Shown here: positions 54,200-64,000 of the stretch, piece after piece
Layout of the letters: each line of letters starts with the position of its first letter
How positions within the stretch are numbered: the stretch's first letter is position 1
DNA from: the human T2T-CHM13v2.0 reference genome, Homo sapiens
DNA length: 64,000 bases
Reading direction: 5' to 3' (one strand)
Assembly (NCBI RefSeq): GCF_009914755.1
Contig: NC_060926.1
Program-made: the position numbers and the translations under genes
Notes under the pieces: generated by a model
Databases searched by the model: none
What the model was told of the DNA's origin: nothing
What the model saw: only the letters and a program-made list of their open reading frames with translations

Positions 54200-55862
54200 A
54201 ACTAAGAGGTAACAAGAAAATAGGAACCTAAATCATATGGTCACAAGGAAATAAATCTTGCCAACAGGAGAGCTTGGAGGGGGATCTTGAGCTTCAGATA
54301 CATTATAGTCCTGGCTCACATATTTGATTTCAGTCTGGTAAATTCCTAAGCAGAGGAATCAGCAAAATTGTATCTGGAGTGACCCTAAACATGTGTTAAG
54401 TGCTAGGTTTGTAGTAAGTTGTTACACAGAAATAAGAAAACTAATGCAAATTTTGGTGCTAAAAGTGGGATGGTGTTCTAGCAAATACCTAAAAATGTTG
54501 CAGTGGCTTTGAACTGGCAGTGGGTAGGAGCTGAAAGAATTTTGAGTAGTGTGATAGAAAACACCTAAATTGGCTTTAAAACCCTGTTAAAAATGTTGCT
54601 GGTAAGAACTAGAAGGAAGTGAAGAATGTGCTACGGGAAACTGGAGAAAGGGGGATACTTGTCATGTAGTGACAGTAAGCATAGTAAAATTGTGTCCTGC
54701 AATTACGTGCAAAGCAGAACTTGTAAGGAACAAATTTGATATATAGTTTAGGAGATTTTCAAGAAAACTGTTGAAGAAGCTGATTTTTTTCTTGCTGCTT
54801 ATTATAACATGTGAGAGGAGAGAGATACATCGAAGAAAAATTTGTTGAACAAAACAGGGACCGAGACTAGGTGATTTTGAAATATGCAGCCCCTCTAGCT
54901 GGTAACAGATGCCAAAAGTCAGAAATGACTCCTGAACATGTGGCAAGGAGAAATGACAGAGAAACAACAAAATATACTATTTTGTTGAAATCCTAGGAAG
55001 ATCAAAAGGTCATATATTCGGTATAGAAAACATTTTTAAGAAATAATGTGACTCATGGATTGCAACCAAACCAAAGAATTTCTAAAGCTTAAGGAAACTG
55101 ACTCCCAGTCCTCTCTGCAGAAGGCTGTTATAGTAACGGCATTGCCTTTCAAAGATCTGTGGCTGTAACCTTTGCCTAGTGGAATAAATACCAGTGAAGT
55201 CTAAGAAGGTTCCCAAAATTCTTTAGAAAATTGTTTATACGGAGACACTCCCAACTTGTATCAAAGAAACAGGGAATGTATAAAATGGAAAGAGGCTGTC
55301 AGACCATCAAAATCTACTGGAGGGAAGTAAGTTGATAAAACTCAACTGCAAACATGTACTGACCTTTATGACAAAGGATGACTCAGAGAGCAAAACCAAG
55401 AACAAAGAAAGTAGAATGGAGAGCCAAGGAAAATTATTCTCAGACCTTAGAAGTCTAAAAAATGGAGTCCACACATTTGCCTAGCTTGATTTCAGAACTG
55501 CTGTGCACCAGTGACTCTTTTGTGTTTCCATTTGCCTCCCTCTTTGATGTGTTTAAATCAGTGTCTAAAGTTGTTTATTTTATGTCTGTCTTACAATGTA
55601 CATTGGTAGTGTTGTTAAGTTTCACAGTCCCACAGATGGCTAAGAACTGTGTCTAGGAGTTGAATTTAGTAGCTTACACTTAGAAACCTCACTCACACCT
55701 AACTTACATTATTTAAATGATGCGATAGTAGATTTTGAGTTGATGCTATTATATAATAGTGTTAAACTCTTGGGTTTTGGGGAGGGTGTATGCTGCATGT
55801 GGGAGAAAGACAAATTTTTTAGGGCCATAAAAAAGGCTGTGCTAGGCAAAATTTTAAGAGAT
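54200..55862 (+). mobile_element. MaLR MLT1E-class provirus: partial 5' LTR (to 54448), MLT1-int (54449-55837), 3' LTR stub (55838-55862)
   Basis: LTR end gaaaactaatgca; internal start aattttggtgctaaaagtggg...aaatacctaaaaatgttgcagtggctttg; internal end followed by tgtgctaggcaaaattttaag. Confidence 0.82.
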
Positions 55863-55881
55863 TCGGTTGAATTTTTATTCA

Positions 55882-55997
55882 ATTTTTAAAATCAAATCTA
55901 ATAATTTGTTCTTGATAAATAATTCTACCTCATTTACATGCATTTTCTAATTAACATTAAATTAAATTTTATTATCTATTGTTTGTTTATTATTACA
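55882..55997 (+). repeat. Dispersed direct copy of 56400-56515 (116 bp)
   Basis: Ungapped hand alignment, 111/116 identical, offset 518 bp. Confidence 0.96.
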
Positions 55998-56039
55998 GGA
56001 TTCCTATATGAGCTTATAAGCCATGTTATTAAAAAATAC

Positions 56040-56515
56040 AATGCTCTTACTTATTATTTGTTTCTTTGAGCTAGAGAGTGCTAAGAGTAGTGTGTTAAAA
56101 TCTCCAGTAATTGCTTATTTTTATATTTCTCCCTGTGGTTTTGTCAATTATTTTTAAGTGTTATATTTTTCACTTCACATATTTTCAAAATCATAACATT
56201 TTTAAAATTATGGATTATTTTACCAATATTCTCCACATTTCTTAGGATAATATATAGACAAATACTTTTAGATACTTATTAAGATTGCTACACCAGCTAT
56301 GTTCTACCTCAGTTTTTATGGTTTTTAACAGCATTGAGGTTTTCTACATAATCATGTCATTCATTTTTTATGTATCTTTTATATAGCATGTATTATTTGA
56401 TTTTTAAAATTGAATCTAATAATTTGTTCTTGATAAATAATTCTACCTCATTTACATGCATTTTCTAGTTAACATTAAATTGAATTTTATTATCTACTGT
56501 TTGTTTATTATTACA
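56040..56515 (-). mobile_element. Ancient L1M ORF2 5' (endonuclease) remnant
   Basis: gtgtgttaaaatctccag, attgctacaccagct and catttacatg occur in the order expected for antisense L1 ORF2. Confidence 0.6.
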
Positions 56516-57604
56516 ATGCCCACTAGAGAATCTTTACAGGCTTAACTAAACATTCAAACTCACAGTATTAAAAAGGTCACATTTGGCATCAGATTTGGTT
56601 AAAAGGATGTAGGAAAGAAAGTATCAGGTATTCTTTACCTTAGAAGTGGTCTTTGAGGCTGTTTACATAGCTATTCAGAATCTATTCTCCGATCTCTCAA
56701 GTAAGCTCAAGAGAAAAAAGACCAGAATTACACCCATGATGTGAGATTAATTTGGGTTTGGAAAGCCCTTACTATACATGAGCCAATATCTCCTGTGGCA
56801 ACCAGAAGAATAGTTATTAGAAAGGCACGAGCTGCATCATCAGGAAAACACAAAATTCTGGCTACGTCATGATACTTGTAGTTTTCATAAGTTCAGTTGC
56901 AATTTACTAACCAGTGGCCAATTTTACTGTAAGTAATGCTGCCTTCTGATAGAGTTCCTATTCCAATTTTATCACGTTGACTGAGAGTAAAAGGTAGAAA
57001 CTTAATAAGTTAAATTTCTTCTAAAGAATAGAAAGATTTCTTAAGCTTAACTAAAACCACATTTTCTTTTTCCCCTGCTTTCTCCTTTTCTCCCTCAAGT
57101 GCTTATGTCAAAATATTTATATAATATTTTTCTGGTTTGAAAAATTCTATATTATTATTTTGTGCTGATTACTCCTAATATAACCCATATTAAGTTATTT
57201 TTGCCTATTTATTTCCTAAGCTTAGCAATATTAACATTTCATCCAGAAACTAGAGAAGCATCCTTTCATTGCTTCTCTCTGCCCATTCTTTAGCACTATA
57301 TCACTAAAACATTTTAGCTAGGAAAGATGTAGATATTTTATTCTCTTTCTTAATGTCATTGCTTATCTATCAATAAGCTCTGCTTATTGAATTACTTACT
57401 TTTTCTTCTCGTAATTCTATTGTTCTCCATGATTTATTTCTTCCTTTGCCATAATACTTACTCCAAGAATGTTTTCCTAGAGGACCTTCATGTAATAAAT
57501 ATTGTGAGGTTGTTTATGCCAGAGACTACTTTCATTTCTTCTGTTCATTTAATTAGCAGTTTACCTGGATGTACACATGATAGTCATATGTTTTCTTGAA
57601 TAAG

Positions 57605-58716
57605 TGTTATACAAAGAATTCTAGAATGGTCTCCAATATTCCTGTTCCTTGGAGCACATAACCTGTGTAATTTCCTAACCTTGAGTGTGAGCAGTGCCTG
57701 TGAATGTGATAAGACATTACTTCTGTAATTAGGTTATATTACGTGTCAAAAGTAAAGACATGATTAGGTCTCCAGTCAATTCACTTAAGCTAATCAAAAA
57801 GAAAATTGTCTTGAGTGGTCCTGAGCTAATGAGGTGGCCATTTTCCAAGATGACTTGAAGGTCAGAAATTGGAAGAAGACAGAAAAATGTTTATGTTGGC
57901 CTTGAAGAAATAAGCTGCCATGTTGTAAGAGGGGCCAAATGGTAAAGATGAAGAGTGGCCTCTAGAGCTGCAAGCAATTCCTGGCCAGCAAGGAAATGGA
58001 GATCTTAGTTATGCAACTGCAAAGAACTTAATTCTACCAACAGGCTGAATGAGCTTGGAATAGAACTCTGAGCTTCAGGTGAAAAGACAGCCTGAATGAC
58101 AACTTGATTTTAGCTTTGGGAGATCGTGAGCAGAAGGTCCAACCTACTCCTACACAGACCCCTGATCCATGAAAATTGCAAGATAATAAATTTGTGTTAT
58201 TTTTTAAAGAAGATAGTCAGTGGTATGGATTGGATTTGGTCTTCCCAAAATATGTATTAAGTCCCACCTGCCAGTAGCTAGTATCTGTGAATATGACCTT
58301 ATTTGGAAATAGGGCCTTTGCAGATGTAATCAAGTTAAGATAAGGTCACTAGGGTGAACCCTTTACCAATATGACTGGTGTCCTTGTAGGAGGAAAATTT
58401 GTACACAGACACTCATGGAAAGGAGGATGTCACGTGAGAAGACACTATGTGATGGTGGAAGCAAAGAACATTGAGGGTTGCTAGTATAGTAAGTCAGCAG
58501 AAGCTAGGAAGAGGCAAAGAAGGATTTTCCCCTACAGATTTCAAAGAGATAGCCCTATTAACACCTAGATTTCATATTTCTAGCTTTCAGAACTATGAGA
58601 AAATAAACTTATGTTGTTTTAAGCTACCCAGTTTGTGGTACTTTGTTAATCAGTGCTAGAAAACCAATACGGTAAGTTTGTGGCAATTCGACAAACAGCA
58701 GTAGAAAACAAGTACA
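57605..58716 (+). mobile_element. MLT1E-class solo LTR interrupted by an MLT1C-like LTR
   Basis: agaattctagaatggtctcc...ccttgagtgtgagc...ggccttgaagaaataagctgccatgttg...gtagaaaacaagtaca. Confidence 0.85.
58221..58671 (+). mobile_element. MLT1C-like solo LTR nested in MLT1E, 5-bp TSD gtcag/gtaag
   Basis: gaccttatttggaaatagggcctttgcagatgtaatcaagttaagat...agaagctaggaagaggcaa. Confidence 0.85.
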
Positions 58717-59017
58717 GCAGATTTTGTGGAGTAGTCTGATGTCAAGTTCATTATTTTTTTATTACTTTTCTGAACATTTTAGAGTATCCTCACTTATATG
58801 TGGAATCCTTGGTATTTTTAACTTTAAAATATTGTTTCTCATTTGTTAACTTAATCATGTGTGACATTTGCAATTATTTTCAACAAAAGACTTTCTTTAA
58901 TTCTTGGAAATGTTTGCTCATTATTTCTGTGAAATTGTGTGTATTTATTCTTTCACTGTGTATTTATGAAACATACAGACTTCTATTCATTATATATCAC
59001 ATTTCTGAAATTATATA

Positions 59018-59309
59018 TTTTTATTTTGTTTATTTATTTATTTGAGATGGAATCTCGGTCTGTCACCCAGGCAGGAGTGCAGTGGTGTGTGCGATTTTGG
59101 CTCACTGCAACCTCTGTCTCTCAGGTTCTGCCTCAGCCTCCGGAGTAGCTGGGAGTACAGGCACATGCTACCATGCCCCGCTAATTTTTTGTATTTTTAG
59201 TAGAGACGGGGTTTCATCGTGTTAACCAGGATGGTCTTGATCTCCTGATCTGGTGATCCACCCACCTCGGCCTCCCAAAGTGCTGGGATTACAGGTGTGA
59301 GCCACCATG
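59018..59309 (-). mobile_element. AluSc-like SINE with an internal deletion of about 12 bp, lacking the first about 7 nt
   Basis: ccaggatggtcttgatctcctga diagnostic with gcaacctc; ggttc|tgcctc deletion junction; (TTTA)n tail. Confidence 0.93.
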
Positions 59310-60239
59310 ATACTGTATATCTGTGTGTGACTTGTGTGTGAATTTGTGTGTATGTGCGTAATTTATATCATGACAATAATATTAATAGTAAGATATTTAT
59401 CTAACACCCAGTTTAAGATTTAGAATGCTAACAGCCTTAAAATAGCCTGTGTGCCCTTCCATAAATATTCATTCTATAGACTATCCAATGTTGATTATTT
59501 GAGAGGACACCTTTTGTACAAATACGCCATTTGTCAACAACTAGAGGTCCCCTATTTAATTTCATGGATTAATTTAAGCAATATATTTTCTCATTTAAAG
59601 ATAGAATCCCTAATTAAATCTTGGCTGCTTCATATTCTAATTACTAGGGCTTCCCTCTAGGGTTGAAATGTTTGACTGGTTGAAATTAAAAAAAAAAGGA
59701 GGTACATTTTCTCTTCTCTATTTTTGTTTTTTTCTAATCTATTAAAAATCTTTTTAATGACAGTCTGAAATTATCTAAAGCTCTTACCTCATTGGCTTAA
59801 AATATCACCCCAGTACTCCATTTCAATAAAACATTTTCCTCGTTTTGACTGTCAATGGTTGCAAACTATTGACGAGGACCGAATTCAAACAATTAAAACT
59901 ATAGATGGAATTTGTTTACTATGCATAAGAAGTTTAAAAATTAGGTTTGAATACCTTTATATACACATGAAACACAATCTCTAACAAACCTTGTCTCTTC
60001 CAATGCCCACTGTAGTCACTTGAATAATATGCTTTATTCATGAATATAATAAAATATATACTTTTTGGATTAGATAGCAATCTTGGAGGCTCAGTTTAGG
60101 ATCAGCAAAGGCCTGGGGAAAAGCCAAGGTCTCTTAAGCCTTTATTGTGTATTTTGGTCATTTGATATAAATCATCATTTATATTATTCTCAAACCAATT
60201 AAGAATTAGATGGAATAAAAATCAGCAAGTGAACAAAAC

Positions 60240-60780
60240 CTATACTATTCCTTTAAAATTCCATTTTGGTCTATATTTACACTCCCCTTTTTTATCCCTC
60301 TATACCTTTCATCCAGTGCAGACCTAGATACAACTAGTATTGTTTCTAATTGTATATAACTTATATATAATTATATATAATACATATAATCTTATGTATA
60401 ATTTTTTATTTATAAACTATTTGAAAGATTTATCCATGTACTTCTGTGTCCATCGAATCCATTGTTTCTATTTGGGGCGTAGACTCCATGTGGTAGTTAT
60501 TTCACACTCTCACCCAGTTATAACACTAATATTGTCTCCAGCTCCTTTGCACTAATGCTTAAACATTGTTATGCATGTCCCTTATAGGCCTATGTGAGAA
60601 GTTTGGTGCGAGAGAAAGATGGAATATATATACCCAGGAGCATAATAGGGAGGAAACAGAGTACCATTATAATTAATTGCACTGACTAGTGCCAGACTGT
60701 TCTCCAGAATGGAAGTGCCATTCTACATTCCCTAAGGGAGAGTATTGTTTTATATATTTTCACATCCCAGAACACTTGGT
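60240..60780 (-). mobile_element. Ancient L1ME-type 3' fragments
   Basis: agatttatccatgta, atatacccaggagc and gccagactgttctccagaatgg...ttctacattccc motifs. Confidence 0.55.
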
Positions 60781-61568
60781 TAAGTTCTATATAAATGCTC
60801 TTATCCTCCTGCACCTGTGTCTCCTGAGTAAAAGGTCTGTGTATCAATAGGAGATAACTGGACAAAAGGTAAAGTTATAATTACTCTAATGCCTGCAGAT
60901 TCTGTGGATATATAGCAAAAGCAACAATCTGACAATGGAGAAGTGAAACCTTAAACCCTGAGATGAATCTAGGAGACAGAAACATCAATGGTTCTTTGCA
61001 TTTTAGAACTGTCCCTGCAGCCTTCCACATAAAGGGAAATGCTGTGATGTGGCTCTCCTAATCTGCACTTCCAAACTGTTACAAGCATCATAAATTTAAC
61101 TGACTGCTGGGTCTGCAGTACTTCTTTAGAGAGCTCTGCCGTGAATTGCTTGCAATTTCTTTTAACCTCACTGAGAGGTCTATCAAAAAATGCAAGGGAT
61201 ACCCCCAGTTTCTATGTCTCTCTGGCAAAACATTCCCAGATATCTTCCATATCTCCATTCTCAGTTATTCCACGGGAATGGGAGGAAGGCCATCTAACTG
61301 GGGTCATGGGTAGACGGGAAACATTAGATAAATTGTCCTCAAGCAGTCAGCCAAAACCAAAACTTAGACTCAATTATTTAAACTGAACTAGGTACCCTAC
61401 AGTTTACCAGCCAGCTGCAAGGCTAATAAGAGACAATTTCCAGCAGTGACTCTATTTCATATAAGTCAGAAATCTCATATTAGTTAGATTAATCAGAGTG
61501 GCCAATAGAGTGGCTTACACGTGGGAAGACTTGCCAGGGGCCAAAAGAGTGTAGAACAGAAAGGTAGC

Positions 61569-61700
61569 TGTTATTGAGAGACATTTCTCTAGAAGTGTCT
61601 TGCATTTCTATATGGATTGTGAGCAGAGGCACTGACGGTTTTTGTTCAAACTATCTTTTCAATGATGTTTATATAGCAAACTACCTTGAAACATAGAGAC
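61569..61700 (+). mobile_element. LTR40-like (ERVL) 5' fragment
   Basis: gagacatttctc...gagcagaggcactgac...actatcttttcaatgatgtttatatagc...ccttgaaacatagaga matches recalled LTR40a. Confidence 0.7.
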
Positions 61701-61702
61701 TA

Positions 61703-62020
61703 TATTGGTTAATTTTATGTATCAACTTGTCTGGGCTAAGGATATCCAGATAGCTGGTAAAACATTACAGTTGACCCTTGAACAACAAAGGTTAGAATTA
61801 TATGGGCCCATTTACACACAGGTGTTTTTAAACCAAACCTGCATCAAAAATACAGTATTTGCAGGATGTACAACCTGCTATATGGAGGGACAAATTTTTC
61901 TCTATGTAGGTTCTGAGAGGACAAGCTGCAAGACTTGAGTAAGTACAGATTTTGGTGCACACAGGAATCCTAGAACAAATCCCCTTCATATACGGGGGAC
62001 AACTGTATTTCTGGGTGTGT
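61703..62020 (+). mobile_element. MLT2 5' LTR stub (about 80 bp of LTR) interrupted by MER8
   Basis: ggttaattttatgtatcaacttg...ccagatagctggtaaaacatTA|MER8|TAtttctgggtgtgt. Confidence 0.88.
61768..62005 (-). mobile_element. MER8 (Tigger-family MITE), TA TSD
   Basis: TA|cagttgacccttgaacaac...gggggacaactg|TA, 238 bp. Confidence 0.88.
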
Positions 62021-64000
62021 TACTCTGGTTCAATGGAGTCACCTAAGCTACTACTTTTGAGTGGAGCCCAGAACTAGAGAAGGCTCTGCAACAGGTTTAG
62101 GCTTCTCTGCAACAGGTTTAGGCTGCTAATTATTAGGCCATATGCTTTAGCAGATCTATGGTGCTTGAAGTGTCAGTGGCAGATAGGGATGTTGTTTGGG
62201 CCTGTGGAAGGTCCCTTCAGGTAAAATGCAATGTAGGCTTTTAGGATTTTGGAGAAAGGCCCTGCCATTATCCACAGATATCTACTGTCCTTTTAAAAGA
62301 TAGTATTGGCCTGTTACTAGGCCTAAGTAGAAACTGAATGCTTGACCTTAGGCCGCCAAATTACCATGAGACCTGAGCTTCCCATCATTAATTTGTTGGG
62401 CATCCACAGCAACATTCCACCATCAAATGGAAGTTGTGCATGGGTGACTGGGCCTAAGCCCGTTGGTCTTTTATATAACTTGTCTTGAAGACACAAGTAA
62501 GTTATATAAAAGAGTGGCCTAAATGTCAGTGGAACCCACTTCTGCTACACTGCATTCTGTCTCCCAGCCTACATCTAAGGTCCTATGGGAAGTTACCTAT
62601 AATCAATTGACAGAGAAAGAGAAGAATTGGGCCTATTTTACAGATGGTTTTATACTATATGCAGGCAGAACTCAAAAGTGGACAGCTCTCTCTGGGATAC
62701 TTCTAAAGGACAGTAGTGAAAGGTAATTTTTGGTGGGAAAAACTTTAGGTAGTGCACATGATTGTAAACTTTGCTTGGAAAGAGAAATGACCAGATATGT
62801 GACTATATACTGATGCATGGTCTATAGCAAATAATTTGGCTAAATTGTCAGAAACTTCAAAGAAACCTGATTAAAAAATTAATGACAGAAACATCGGTGA
62901 AAAGATATGTGGATAGACCTGTATAAACGGGCAAAGAATGTGAAAACATTTGTGTCCCATGTGAATGCTCACCAAGAGGTGACCTGAGCAGAAAAGGATT
63001 TTAATTATCAAGTGGATAGAACAACCCGTTTTATGGATATTAATCAGCCTATTTTCCCAACCACTCCATCATTGCCCGTGGGGTCATAAATAAAGTGGCC
63101 ATAGTGGCAACCATGGAGGTTATTCGTAGGTTCAGCAATGTGAAATTTCACTCACTATGGTCAACCTATTGAACTTCAACTCACCACTGCTTAGTGTCCA
63201 AAATGCCAGGACCAGAGACCAACATTGATACCTAACACAGCATGACTCCTAGGGGTCATTAGTGAGCTGCCTGGTGTCAGTTTGGTTACACTGGATCTCT
63301 ACCATCATGGAACAGACCAGTTGTTGTCCTTATAGGAATAGATACTAACCCTGGATACGGATTTTCCTGTTGTACATGCAATACTGCTGCGAAAACTACT
63401 ATCCATGGGTTTACAGCATGTCTTCTCCAATGTCATGATATTCCACACTGCATTGCTTCTGATCAAGGAACTCACTTCACAGGAAAGGAATTTCAACAAC
63501 AAGCCCATGTTTATGAAATTAATTGGCCATGCCATGCCCTCCATTATCTTGTAGCAGCTGGCTTAATAGAATGGTGGAATTGCCTTTTGAAAATTCAGTT
63601 ACAGTGCCAGGTAGATGGAAAACCTTGGGCTGTGGTAAGATTCTGTAGAAGGCTGTATATGCTCTGAATCAGTGTACAATATATGGTGATTTTTCTCCCA
63701 TAGCCAGGATTCAGAGGTTCAGTGATTAAGGGATGGAAATGGGAGTGCACCACTCACTATTATTCCTAGTGACCCACAAGCAGAAATTTTGCTTCCTGTT
63801 TCAGCAACTTTATGCTCTGCTTGCCTAGAGGTCTCTGACCTAGAGGACAGAGGAAGAAGTGTTTCCAGCAGGAGATGCAATGATTATTCCATTGAACTGG
63901 AAGTTAAGACCGCCACCAGACCACTTTGGGCTCCTCGTGCCTCTTAATCAACAGGCTAAGAAAGGAGTTAATGTTTTCGCTGGGGCAACTGATCTGGAAG
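62012..64000 (+). pseudogene. ERV-L (HERV-L type) pol 3' half: RT connection, RNase H, integrase, start of dUTPase; decayed, runs off the window
   Basis: FEWSPELEKALQQV; YFTDG...YAGRTQKWTA (RNase H); cccatgtgaatgctcacca (HVNAH); gcttctgatcaaggaactcacttc (ASDQGTHF); attccattgaactggaagttaaga (dUTPase IPLNWKLR). Confidence 0.92.

Overview
AT-rich, CpG-depleted primate (human-like) genomic DNA made mostly of transposable-element remnants. I find no intact protein-coding gene, RNA gene, CRISPR array or CpG island, and every recognisable ORF in the track is a broken piece of a transposon protein. The main elements are: six Alus (J, S and Y types); a near-full-length but dead L1PA6-like LINE-1 on the minus strand (47402-53521); old L1M, L2 and MIR fragments; a full-length Tigger3/Golem DNA transposon and four Tigger-family MITEs; a Charlie1 hAT element; many MaLR, ERVL and ERV1 LTRs; a one-LTR MER4 provirus with a tRNA-Arg primer binding site; and an internally deleted ERV-L provirus that runs off the window end. 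I cannot support a new biological system here. The most unusual signals are (i) several short, locally templated duplications and fold-back insertions that resemble fossil DNA-repair scars, (ii) a microhomology-joined ERV-L deletion, (iii) all three MLT2 LTRs carrying a Tigger-family insertion, (iv) a MER41 LTR with a GAS/RFX/octamer/TATA motif cluster, and (v) a candidate minus-strand exon in unique sequence at 3911-4115. Repeat subfamily names come from recalled consensus sequences, not from a search, and boundaries of old elements are approximate.
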